A stretch of DNA of 64,000 nt from Amoebidium appalachense (Eukaryota; Protista; Ichthyosporea), in NCBI GenBank assembly GCA_963693365.1, contig CAVNZM010000015.1, forward strand, positions 3,472,001 to 3,536,000, read 5' to 3'. The position numbers and the translations under genes are program-made. Under the pieces are notes generated by a model. The model saw only the letters and a program-made list of their open reading frames with translations, had not been told where the DNA came from and did no database searches. Each line of letters opens with the position of its first letter. Positions within the stretch are counted from its first letter, which is position 1. Positions 1-25,143 of this stretch are shown here, piece by piece.

Positions 1-802
1 TAAGGGCATAGCTTGAAAGTGAAGTTTGCTATATTTGTAAAACTTGCATCTGCACCTAGGGAGGCACAGGTTGATATTACGTACAGGCTGTGACTACATG
101 ATTAATCATATTACATAGCCCGCTATCAAAGCCACGGCTAACTTAAAAGTCGTGTTAGGGTTCTTATATACACAACTATAGCATTGGATAGCATCGCCCA
201 CCGTTAAGGACAATGCTACTAAGAGTCAAGTAGAGGTTCATATTTCTCATATTTATAAAGATAAAATTACATACCCCGCTGTCAGTCAAAGCTGCAGTGG
301 TAAAATCAACTGATGATCCTGTTTAAAAGGTTCATGGTGATTAAGATTGGCAAATAACTCGTCCGCATCATAGATATACAATAGATAGTATATACATGAG
401 CCACTACTAGAGTCTGGCTCAAAATCACTATCACATATTATTTACATGGGCCTGGGGTTCCACAAGTATCACTATATATAGTGCATAGCCAGCTATCAAA
501 GTCATGGCTAACTCAAGTGTGAAATTTTGCCCAGAATTAAGTCTTGCTACAGCCGGTGATGTTTATGATTACAAATCAAAGTTTTATTAATATTAGCTGC
601 CAGCTGATCAAATATATTGACTAGGTTTATATATATATAACATTAATAGCACCAATAGCAGCCATATACAACTGAAAGGTGTGTCGAAGCTAATTTTTAT
701 TGTAGACCATAATTCAGGAGAGAGGAGGAGAGAGGTGCCCGGAGGGGGGGGGGGGGGGGGGGGGGGAGGGAGGGAGGGAGGGAGGGGGGAGAGGGAGGAA
801 AA

Positions 803-833
<31 letters not shown>

Positions 834-1161
834 TGTGTGTGTGTGTGTGTGTGTGCACGCGCGTGTGTGTGCGTGTGTGTGTGGTGTGTGTGTGTATGTG
901 TGGGTGTACGGTGTCACAGTGTGTACACGCACGTGTTTGTGTGCGACCTGCGCACGTGTGATGTGTGTGTGTGTGTGTGTGCACGCGCGTGTGTGTGCGT
1001 GTGTGTGTGGTGTGTGTGTGTATGTGTGGGTGTACGGTGTCACAGTGTGTACACGCACGTGTTTGTGTGCGACCTGCGCACGTGTGATGTGTGTGTATGT
1101 ATGTGTGTGTGTAGCAGAAGGAGGGGGGGGGGGGGGGGGGGGGGAGGGGAGGGAGGGCGAC

Positions 1162-1200
<39 letters not shown>

Positions 1201-1214
1201 TCTGTGTGTGTGTG

Positions 1215-1245
<31 letters not shown>

Positions 1246-1414
1246 GTGCGTGCGTGCGTGTGTGTGTCACGGTGTGTGTGTGTGTCTGTGTGTGTAAGTG
1301 TGTGCGTGTGTGTGCGTGTGTGTATCACGGTGTGTGTGTGGGTGTGGGTGTGGGTGTGGGTGACGTGTGCGTGTGTGGGTGGGGGGATGCGGAGGGCAGG
1401 AAGGCGGGGGGCCG

Positions 1415-1460
<46 letters not shown>

Positions 1461-1546
1461 GGGAGGACGCACAGTGTGGGTGTGGGTGTGGGTGTGTATG
1501 GGTGGGTGAGTATGTGCGTGGCACGAAGGGGTGCGCGCACGTATGC

Positions 1547-1598
<52 letters not shown>

Positions 1599-1795
1599 CA
1601 CATGACATGCATGGAGGAGAAAGAAAACAGAGAAAGAGTGACACTCCGAGAAAGAGAGACAGGGGGGGAGGGGGGAGGGGGGGAGGGGGGGGGAGGGGGG
1701 TATTTGGGCCTCACTCTCGTGCATGTAAAAACAACTTCACTTTCACTTGCTGGGCCTCCGGCAGTGTCCACGCAATAAAAAGTGTGTAAACCCCC

Positions 1796-1992
1796 CACTT
1801 TCACTTCGATCTAATTAGCTGTCACGTCAACTTTTTTTCCCGATTCTTCATCATGGCAGGTATATAAAGGCTTTCGTTTCTTCTTTTTGTGGACTTCACT
1901 TTCACTTCGATCTCTTAGCTGTCACGTCAACTTTTTTTCCCGATTCTTCACCATGGCAGGTATATAAAGGCTTTCGTTTCTTTTTTTTGTGG
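1796..1992 (+). repeat. Tandem duplication of about 100 bp, each copy with TATATAAA
   Basis: CACTTTCACTTCGATCT..TCACGTCA..GGTATATAAAGGCTTTCG..TGTGG at 1796-1892 and 1897-1992. Confidence 0.92.
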
Positions 1993-2833
1993 TTGGAGGG
2001 AGTCCCACTCAGGGGAACATAACTGCAGCGTGTGTGTGGTGTGGCCTGGTGTATTCCTACTGCTGTGAGAGTGTGGGGGCATCTCCCTTTCGCGGAGTTT
2101 CTCGCTTGAGAAAGTGGTTTCTTCAACGCCTGGTGGTCCACTGCAACCTATGGTAACTTCTACACGCTGTCTACGCTTCTACGCGACCTATTGGCGGTGG
2201 GCTGCTGCAACTTATTCAGCTACTTCTGCGCTGCGTAAGTGGAGGGGCGGCTACTTGATCGTCGGGGAGCTTTCCAAGTGACTGCCAATCCTTAGCCTCC
2301 AGTCGAATGGCAATGACCGGGTTTGCTTGCAAGCATTCTATAATTGTGTTTTTCTGTGTGCTGCCACAACTAGGCCACCTTATCAGAGAGCTAGATGCAG
2401 TTTCTCCGGGTTATCTAGAGGCCGGGCCCGTTGAGATTGTTTTTTAGCTCAGATTTGGCCTGCATTGCTCTTTTAGAGGCTGACTTGCTTGCTGTGCCTC
2501 GATAGGTTTTGAGGGGGGCCTGTTGGGAAGGAGCAGTAATGATGTCTTCTTGCGGAGTGTGGTCTGGTCAACATCGATGCATATGACTAGTTGGAGCAAA
2601 CTAGTTTCACGCATACACGTACACTTAAGGTTTTGCCCGCTGGTGTCCTTTGTCACTTGTCGCTTTATTTTTATTTCGTAGCTTTGGCTTTTTCAGTTCT
2701 ATTGGTGGTTATGTAGCCTGTGGCTGCACGTTGCCTTCATCAACGGATCAATATACCCGAGTCAAAAGAAAAGAAAAAAAATTACACACGTGTGACTCGG
2801 CTGTTATCAAGGAAAGCCCCACCGAGGAAATCG

Positions 2834-4517
2834 TCAAAGGTGTTTCCGGGTTGGTTGGGGTCGGTTTCCGAGCCGGTTCTCTGCTGAACTGACCCGAATA
2901 CGGGTTGCGGAGGCAGGCTCGTGTGCAGATGTGGTGGCATGGGTTGGGGCCCCGGGGGATATCATTGTGCCTTGCACTAACACAGGGTTTATCTGTCCGT
3001 ACATAGAGGGTCCCGTTGCAGGTGCATTAAAGATGGGAGATAACATACTTCCTGTAGTGTGACCGGGTCCTGATCCTGATATCGAGTTGCGTTGTGATTC
3101 GGTTTGAACGACGGAGGGAAACAACGAAGGTGGTTCAACGGGCGCGGGTGTAGGGTGTGAAAAAATGGAAATAGGGGGGTTGTTCGGAATGAGGGGGAAA
3201 CCACGTATCGGCGGATGTATGGAAGATGGGAAGGTGGAATCGAAGGCGCTGTGCATCATTGGTGCTAGTTCGGGAAAATCTTGGAATTCGGATCCGATTG
3301 TAATCGATGAGATCGGTCGGGACCCCCTCCTGCACTATCATATTTGGTCCGCGGCTGCTCCACTTGTAACAGCGTCGAACGATTGAAGATCGAGATCTTG
3401 CAAATCGTCGAGCATCAATCCCAAATCGTCGTCCGTATATGCCTGCTGGCCAATCGGGTTCTCGATTTCCGGTTGATGAACCGTTGATGGGCCAATCCGA
3501 TCGCAGATCCACCGATTGTGCCTACATCCAATTGGGCGATCGCGCCCTCGGGGTCTTCCATCAACAATTGTTGCAAAAGTCTATCTGTCTGCGTCTGCCT
3601 TGGTTGGGCAACGACAGAAACCAACGGCTTTTCCCCGGTCGTCGAAAAAGATGGGTCCACACCAAGATGCTCCATTTGCAGCGGTAAGGAATGTGGTTGG
3701 TTACCAAATATGGTTGCATGCAGTTGGTCTGATTGGCTGTTTCTCCGCGACGGGAACGCATCCATACTGAAGGAGGAAAAGGGGGCGGTGTGATATCGAG
3801 CCAATCACCCCGGGGGGTGGGGGGTGGGGGTGGGGGGGGGGGCATGGGATTGGTCGGCAGATTGTAGGGCGATAAAGCTCCGGTGTACATGTTGCTCTCC
3901 CCCATCGGATTTGGGCTCGATGTGCCGAGAATGTTTGTTGGGATTGGGGAATCGGGTCTAAATTTAAACATGTAATCGATCGGGTTGCTCTATGTGCAGG
4001 CACGAGTCATTAGCATCCAGACCCCGTCCCTGCCTGCATATTTCACAGTTGGTGAGCACAAACTTGTATACATGCATACGCAGAGTATCGAGAAGGTATA
4101 TATTTATCTCAATTTAATGGCTATACAAAAGTAGGGGAAGAGGTGGTGGTGGGGGGGGGGGGGACAATGGATTGGACATGTACACAGAACGGTTATAATC
4201 GATTTCTGTATTATTATTATTTTTTGGTACTTGATGAGATGGAACTGTGCATCACTCACTCCGAGCAGACCTATGTGTCGTCATCATAAACCTTTTTCTA
4301 CTCTTTCAAGAGGCTTTCCAGGTGTGACCCATGATCGATTTCTTTTTTTCCCCAAAAACTTCAAAAAGTTTCTTTCCGAAAGCCCCTGTTCTTCTCCATC
4401 TTCATTTTTCTTTCAAAAAGTTCTCTGTCCCTTTCTTTTGCTTTCTTTCTTTTTCTTTTCAAGTTCCTTTCTTTCTTTCTTTTTTTTTTTTCCTGGGTCG
4501 GAGGAGGTGGTGGTGGT

Positions 4518-4552
<35 letters not shown>

Positions 4553-5324
4553 GGGGGAGGAGGGGGGGGGGGGGGGGGGGGGGGGAGCACAGAGTGAATG
4601 AGAGGGCAAGAGGGCCCGAGACGGTCCCAAGAAAATTCAGTACTACTGAAAACAAAGTGAAAAGAGTTTCAGCTTCTAATTTAAGTGTGTATGCACTTAT
4701 TAAGGTGCTTGAGTCAGCAGCTCAAAACTTGGCAATTTTTCAGACCTACCTTTTTTTTCTTCTTCTAAGGGCTCAAGAGAACAAAGAAATGATTCAAGCT
4801 CAATTTTGTATGTGAGGAAAGTAATGGCATGATAACCTCCGATGGGATTTCCATTAGACAGTGTCCGGGTGTTATGAATTTTGGTGTCATGTAGATGGGG
4901 GTGGGTGACGCTTCAGGGATGGAGGGGCGACGAAGATTGATGTCCCTGGGTAGGCTGGTCGGTTGTCCTCCCGTATGCTTGAGTCGAATATGCTGTGTGG
5001 ATTGAATGTGAATGTGTATTTAAGCTAGGGGACGGGGTGTTAATATTAATTATTATATTGGGTGCTCCTTCCGAGCAAACTCAAAACACATCAGGTGTCT
5101 TGGTTCGAGTTCAACGGTGACAAGATATGCATCCTGCAGCTGCCAGGCCCGGATATATCGATATAAGTTATGTATTTGAAAGATTCAGCTTGCACCTCAT
5201 CAACGTACAACGTCCGGTTCCCGGAGGCCGGAATAAACTTTAGGACTTGAATGAATGCGTCGTAGTATACATAGTGGGCACTTTTAGGTGGACTGCAGGT
5301 AACTATCATGGGGGAAGAGGGCCC

Positions 5325-5368
<44 letters not shown>

Positions 5369-5542
5369 TATTTGATTATGTTGGTGCCACTTATTTCATA
5401 CACCGGTACGTATGTAACCTCTCTCTGAATTCATATTCTCTCCATCTCCCTGAGGCTCCCCCCATCATTATCATTCGAAGTTGCCTCGCCTCCCCCTTAC
5501 TAATCTAAGAGCCCTCTCAGCTCTCTCTCTCTCTCTCTCCTT

Positions 5543-5597
<55 letters not shown>

Positions 5598-5617
5598 CCC
5601 CTCTCTCTCTCTCTCTC

Positions 5618-5680
<63 letters not shown>

Positions 5681-6163
5681 CCGCCCCCTTCAGGCTGAGC
5701 CTCAGGCATTCTCTCCCTAACTATGATGGTTAGAAGAATGCTTCCGAATCATCGTAAACCGTTTCGAGCAAGCTGTGACCATGCATGCCCCCCACTCCCT
5801 TATACATCTACGTACGACACTGAGTGACTGTGTGTACATGTGCAAGGCGGAAGACATCGCGGGGGGTTCTTGCAATTGTTTGAATACCTTATGTATGTCG
5901 AATTGTACATAGATGTATGTTGGACTCCGATGATACAGAGGTGTATGTGTACGTGGTTGGGTGAAACGATTACATTTTCAAAATGACGCACTGAATAAGT
6001 AGTCTACGTGTACCGAGTGTAATTAAACGTTTTTACACTCACTGACTAACAGGCAATGGTACTGTTACAATGGTTTGTTTGTGTAGTTTCGAGATTGAAA
6101 TGGTCGGACTAGTAACGAGCTTTGACAGGAGCAGTAGTAATGAAAGGAAAGCCTTGGGGGCCC

Positions 6164-6212
<49 letters not shown>

Positions 6213-6339
6213 TCCTCCAGAGGGGGGAGGGATTTTATGCAAGTGGCACGAGAGAACAGTAGGCAATCACCAGGGAAGTAGGCACTAAAAAACAGTACCA
6301 CATAAAAGCACAAAACAGAGAGAGAGAAGGGGAGAGAGG

Positions 6340-6370
<31 letters not shown>

Positions 6371-6375
6371 GGGGG

Positions 6376-6412
<37 letters not shown>

Positions 6413-6619
6413 GGGGGGGGGGGGGGGGGAGAGAGAGAGAGATGGAGAGAGGGAGAGAGAGGGAGAGGGGGAGAGAGAGAGTCTGTTAATGTAGTAGAAT
6501 GGGAAGAGAGGGAGGCCGGAAGGGGGACGGGGGGAGACTGAGAAGGGGAACTTTAAAGGGGAGAGGAGGGGGGGCTCGAGATGGAGATATTCTTAACCCG
6601 TCGATCGAGATATTTTTTA

Positions 6620-6662
<43 letters not shown>

Positions 6663-6800
6663 AAATGGAACATGAAGCAGGAAGGTTGAAATGAAATTTT
6701 TATTAGAGCAACCCAGAAAATAAGAGAAAGCTCAGGCCCGACGGGTCACATGGAAGGCGTCCCTGGCACATTATTGGTGGCAGCACTGCTAACCAACCTG
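2834..6800 (-). pseudogene. Decayed multi-exon gene with a long Pro/Ser-rich last exon; weak resemblance to a Rel/NFAT-IPT (Ig-fold) transcription factor
   Basis: Tentative exons, several with phase-matching GT/AG ends: about 6800-6715 (..PVGPELSLI), 6152-6069 (GFPFITTAPVKARY*SDHF), 5990-5888, 5772-about 5690, about 5500-5411, 5292-about 5055 (..CRMHILSPLNSNQDT*CVLSLLG), about 4993-4840 (..TPKFITPGHCLMEIP) and 4033-2834. In-frame stops at 6111, 5732, 5723, 5093, 3992, 3807, 3340 and 3337; frameshifts near 3830 and 3495. Confidence 0.5.
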
Positions 6801-6813
6801 CGAAATTCAACTA

Positions 6814-6886
<73 letters not shown>

Positions 6887-6915
6887 TGGCTGAAAAAAAG
6901 GCAGGGAGGGGGGGG

Positions 6916-7104
6916 GGGTTTGAATGCGTCAAAAAGTACGAAGTACACAAGAACAAACGGATAACACGATGCAGAATGCAAGCCATACATAAAGAGTATG
7001 CATAATAAGCAGAGCCCATCCTCAGGGGGGGCCCACGTCATCCACAGTACCCGAGTTTCGACCTATTCCCCTCGTTAACGAAACCCAACTCAGATACTGT
7101 TTCA
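6916..7104 (-). repeat. Diverged copy of the same repeat family, minus strand
   Basis: Reverse complement contains TCTGAGTTGG..GGTCGAAACTCGGG..CCCTGAGGATGGGCTCTGCTTATTATGCATAC..GTACTTCGTAC..GCATTCAAAC followed by a C-tract. Confidence 0.8.
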
Positions 7105-7423
7105 CGGGGGGGGGGGGGATGTACAACCACAACCTCACCCATTAAAAAACACAACACGCGCGTCTCTTAGGCTCTTCAACTATGGTGTGCAAGGGCAGCT
7201 AAATCACAAGCATTCAATTAAAAACAACTCTCCTCTTTTCGGCAACCAAATCCCAAATGTAAGGGTATTATCCAAGCAGAATTCAATCCTGCAGTGCGAT
7301 AATTTACCAAAGTCAACTAACAATTCCACAGCCGACATCCATTTCTCTGCGACATGTATCTCTCGACAGAGAAATTTGTCACCCCCCCCCCCCCCCCCCC
7401 ACCCACCCACCCACCCCACCTCT

Positions 7424-7522
<99 letters not shown>

Positions 7523-7682
7523 CCACCACCACCACCACCACCAGCACCACCACCGCCATCCGCCCCTCCACCCACCCACCCACCCACCCAACGAAAAAAA
7601 GAAAGAAAGAAAGAAAGAAAGAAACGGAAAAAAGAAAACCAAGATCACAGCAAGAAGGAAAGCAAGAAGCGGAAACATAGAG

Positions 7683-7715
<33 letters not shown>

Positions 7716-8040
7716 CAAAAAAAATAAAAAATAAAAAATAAAAAATAAAATAAAAAAGCCAAAGGGTTTGAGTTCTAGCTCCTTCAGCATTACATTACCC
7801 GTCACATCTCATGCTCAAAGATTAAGGCCAAACAGCTGTGATTGGTTGCAGGTCACGATGTAAACAATGACGTTGCTAAGATTACAAGAGATAAACACTC
7901 ACAGGGTAGGCCAAAAGGAACACGTCTGGCTTTAGGGTGTGAACCATAAATGGTAATCACGTGCTGTCGCTCCATCCAATCAGAACTCGGAATCCATTTA
8001 TCATCCAATTACGGCGGGCAAATAAAAAGAAACTGACCAA

Positions 8041-18485
<10,445 letters not shown>

Positions 18486-20161
18486 CTGCGAATATTAGGT
18501 GGCCTGGTATAACGTTAGTTTTGCCAGCGGACCACTATTTCTTCAATTGCCTCTCGTTTGATCTGTGGCCACGCCTTCGAACGATGTCAAATATAACCAC
18601 CATTAATATGCTAAAATAACAATAGTCCAACCAAAGAAGCCGGCCACCGCCCACTCATAACTACATAGCAAGCGTTCAACAACTTGCTATTTCTCCTTCC
18701 AAGTTCAAGGCTGTTCAACCGCGTCCCTTCAAGTCACACACTCCTTCAGAATCTCTCTGTTTTTTCGGTCTTTTTTCGTAGGCTCCACCACACCTTCGGC
18801 AGCGCGCGCGGTGCCGCATGGCCGCGGCAAAGATAGAGAGTGGCTCAACGATGTAAAAAGATAAGCCATAAATGGATTTGGATGCGTTCCGGACCAATCG
18901 CTTTCACAACCTGACCTGAGCCGAGGCTCACTTCTCTGCAGTGCCTCAAACACCCTCCCCTTGGCGTTTCACACAGTGGCCGGCCATGGCACGCATGTAC
19001 ACTCATGTACACATCATCGAGTCATTATTGTACTACCGACACACATGCGCATATTCCTTCTCTTAAGCTTATAGGCTTAGGGGCCTGCTCATTTTGAAGG
19101 AAAGATATCCAACTTGGAGCGCAAAGGGCAACACATTTTGAAACACAAGGCTGGTGAAAAAGCACACTGACTCCCGCCGGCGTCGGACCTTCAATTTTTG
19201 TCACAGCAGCACGCGCATGCGTGCACGTGTTCGTGCTGGGGACGCCTAATACTATACGAGGTCACGGCTAGGGACGGGGATGGCACAAGTAAGGGTATCT
19301 GATGTAAGAGTTTGGGTTGACGGAGATGGGGATAGGGTCTGGGGAAGGGGAAGGACTGAGCTGTTCCGCAATGATCCCGTGACTAATCAGGTTGCAAAAA
19401 ACACGCGTGATCCAATCAGTTGGCATAAACTATAGCGCGGTGCTCCATTACAGCTTTTGGTCCAATCAAACTCTGAATCGTATCAGGGTTGGGCTGGGGT
19501 TGGCCAGCTTAACCGTATTGTCCTTTGGCCAATCGTAACGGACAGTTCCTTAATCGTAATGGGGGGGTTGTTGGGGATCAGCAAGCCCAGAAAAAAACGC
19601 CCCTCCAGTCACAAAACTCACAATATGCGTTTTTACAAATTAAGTATCGCAAACTTTCAAGCCCTGGACACTTGTCGGGGTTCGATATTGCTCATGAGAA
19701 GCGCGGTAGATATATGTTCTTGAACAGAAATATTGAAAAAATTAGGTACAGTTAGATATTAGGGGGCCTTAAAGCGTTTATAATTCTATACATCTGATGC
19801 GAGAGCTGTTACGACGGCACCCTAACCTTATTCGTATCGGGGTCTTTCGTTAATCGTAATAACGACGATTTTTTTTCGTAATCCCCCCCCTGAATCGTAT
19901 TTTGAGCATGTGCTGGCCCCGCGGCGGCGAGCGCAGAGTCGTAATATTGCGACGTGAAGTCACGGCAACCTTGACTTCAACCAAGTCAAGCTATGCCGAC
20001 TTGACTTATTATTCGAATTGGTGAGAGGAGCTGGTGACTTGTTCTGACTTTCAGTTGCGACTTGAGTCTTCAGGTGACTTTTTACTATATATAGTATGCT
20101 AGCCCTAGATGTGGGCGAGCCCGGGAAAGAAGAGAAACATACGCACCCACACACCCACGCA

Positions 20162-20265
<104 letters not shown>

Positions 20266-20359
20266 TGTACACAAACACACACACACGTGCACACACACTA
20301 GTAGGGTACGAGCACAGCAGCTTCGTGAAGCTGTGACTTGAAGTCACATGTGCACCTCC

Positions 20360-22170
<1,811 letters not shown>

Positions 22171-22884
22171 ATTGATTCGACCGAGTTTGGGCCCACATCG
22201 CTGTGGGTGGAACCCATTAGATCGTTTGTAAAATTTGTCACAAGGTGGCTTCAAGTTACGGCGTGTACGTCTGTGTGCCAAGAGCCGGCGGCTCCGAGCA
22301 GTCTGTACTCAGTGTACAAACGGTGCAACGGTGGCTGCCCGGCGCACATCCACTATCATAACTTGACATGGACACTGTATGTTATCATATCATCGAACCG
22401 TGGCTCCCGCGGTATGCATATGTGTCTCAGCCCGTGCCACACGGTGTGTAGCGTGTGTGACTTGTGTGTGTGTGTGTACTGTGTGTGTGTGTGTGTGACT
22501 TGTGTGTGTGTGTGTGTGACACGTGTGTGTGTGTGAAGTCACGTGTGTGTCTGTGTGTGTGTGTGTGTGTGTGTGCCACGACTCAAGCTGGCGGTAGGCT
22601 GTGCGCATGCGCGCTGGCCGGCGCACCAAGGCCTCCTAAATAGCACACCCGGTGCGCAGTGTGTTGTGCATATACATATGCCATGTGTGTATATACCTAT
22701 GATAGGCTATGACATTAGTACTTGAATTCGAACATTCCGTCTGTTCACGTGTGTCTGCCAACGAACCTTCAAAGAAGTTTGCACATGTAACATCTAGCTG
22801 CATGCGGTGACTTGCCGGCCATGGGACTAACTATAAACTAGTGTCACTTCACTGACGGCGACAGCCAGCCGAGCTGGGCGGGTC

Positions 22885-23587
22885 AGCAGGTGGGGCGTGT
22901 GCCAGCCACTGCGGGTTTCAATTGGCACTATCCGTGCCGTGGCAAGATATAATTGTGTGCCAGTGGGACAGGACTGCCACACCGTCTTGATAGCATGGTG
23001 ACAACGTTAGTGTTGCTCTACTCCGATGGCATACACATATTAAGATGCACCATGTGCCTGGTGTCTGGTGTATTGATCTCCCAGTTTATTACACACTGTA
23101 GACTTTCCTTCTCTACCAGTTGTTTAACTATAGCTAAATTCAATGCAATCAGCATGTAAAGTTGTTCTGACTCCCAGAGATGATGCTGCCTGCTACTAAT
23201 ATTAGTGGCCGTCACGGCTAGTACAACCGTGGTCCCAAGCCCTTGCAAATGGAGCATATGCACTCTGCTTCCTTATTTGATACCGTTCACCGTGAAAAGC
23301 AACAGACGCGTCCCCCCCAAGCTTGTTTTTTGTAGTGACACCCACAGTGGTGACTCTGGTTGTATACGTATACGCAACGTCTCCGAGGCTCTTTCAAACC
23401 GTTCCCATTGAGAGGAAGGACCCGGACCTGGGCATGCAACCGGGAGGCTCCGGGTTCCGGCCCAGTCGATAATGCCACTGGCTAACTGACCAAGGGGATG
23501 AATCAATGCATGCATACACTGTATTTCAGTTACCGTAACCCACACAATACTGAGGTGATTTTTCAGCCTGCAGACATGCGGCCTCAC
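22885..23587 (-). pseudogene. Relic reading frame of about 230 codons interrupted by TAA/TAG stops, origin unknown (possibly mobile-element-derived)
   Basis: ORFs 23273-23587 and 23018-23263 are in the same frame, separated only by the TAA at 23275-23273. The frame continues past the TAG at 23020-23018. The sequence is non-repetitive. Confidence 0.3.
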
Positions 23588-25143
23588 AGGGCAAGCCTTC
23601 GACTTCTACCGTCTGTAGACTTGAATCTTGCAAAGCGGACAGCGTTGAGTCGCCGTTGACTCACTTGAAACATGTTGAACCGTGACCGTCCCGAGTCAGC
23701 CCACGCAGCACCACGAGAAGCCGTGAGCCGAGTCAGCCGACAGCCTGCCGTACGTGCGAGCCTCGGGAGGGATCACGGTTCCAACTGCAGTGCACATTGC
23801 GTGTTCATCCACATATGTGTCTTGATGGTGCTTCAGATATATTGCTGGAGGGTGCAAAAAAGCCATTTATCATTTTTCATATAGTGTAGCTGGCTGGGTA
23901 AATTATGGAATAGCTCTCTATAATTATTTGGCAAACAACGATTCTAAACGCCAACCCTTGAAGCCATATATATATATATGTGGACCGTGATTGGGAGTCT
24001 CAGTATGTAGGGCCAGGCGTGGCCGCGCGGGTGACTGCTGGCCACCGGGCTGTTTACTAACCCTGGGACCTCGGTGATCGTTTGGTGGTGTTTATTGAAT
24101 GGTTATTGGGTTTAATTATACCTTGCTTGGTATGCTGAGGATAAATATTATATCATCTCTCTAGGTATAAGCTGTATCTGGATGTTGATAGAAAAAAATT
24201 TGCGGACGAAATATATTTTTCCACCTACATATTTACGTACATCACATGATCTCACCGGATGGACGACTCGACGTCCACATTTTTCAAACCATGCAGGTGC
24301 CGCACATACTGCACGTTGACAGCCAATCATAATCTGTTTTGGTGTGCACCATTGTAGATCTATCTAGTATTCCGATTTTTGCACAACATTGCAAATCTAT
24401 CAGATAATCCATCTGAGATAATGAGTATTGTTCGGGCTAATAAAGCGGGAAGCTGTTGTCGTCGAAGGCACTGCAATGGCAGCGATAAATTATCCATAGC
24501 TGTACATTCTCTCTCTCTCTCTCTTTCCCCCCCCCCATCTGTGTCCGCCCGCGGCAAGGCGGGGGGGGGGGGGGGGGGTTTAAGGAAGAACTGAACAATT
24601 GCAAAGTCAATAACCAAAAACACTACTATATGATTTCTGCACCAGAAAAAACGAACATGCAGTACTCAGTGATGAGCATTATCATGTAAATGTATATGAG
24701 AAGTGTTTTTGTGGTCTGCAAAAAGGGAAAGCTAAGCTGTATTTCCTTATATTTCGCGCAAAGGGGTGTGTTGTTCAACTGGGGTACGTGAACAGAACGC
24801 CCTAGGCCTATGACGCTTAGTATCTGCACTCATGCGTTCCGGATCCACGTACGTGCGACCGGCGGACGACTTGGACAATCTCGCTCCTATTATATATAGA
24901 TTCGTTTATTCATGATGTTGTGTTGTATAAATATGCAAAGATGATTATGTCTTGGCGTTGTAATCGGTTTTTGGTATCTCCTACTCGTATGTGTAATATG
25001 TGTGGGGGGCGGTTTACTCGCGGATGAATATCTATCAATAAGTGTGACCTGTTAGCTAATGTGGTGGGCCGGAGGTAATGGGCGGCTTTATTCTCTTTTC
25101 TGCTTCTCTCCCCCAGTATATCCGTTATAAAATGACCGTGTTT

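Noticed and set aside
7425-7519. Homopolymer of about 95 C as a functional element
   Set aside because: Homopolymer lengths are unreliable in assemblies, and similar tracts are ubiquitous here.
24830-24901. Helitron 5' end (minus-strand A|TCTATATATAAT)
   Set aside because: No convincing 3' hairpin plus CTAG terminus at the expected spacing was found; unsupported without other copies.
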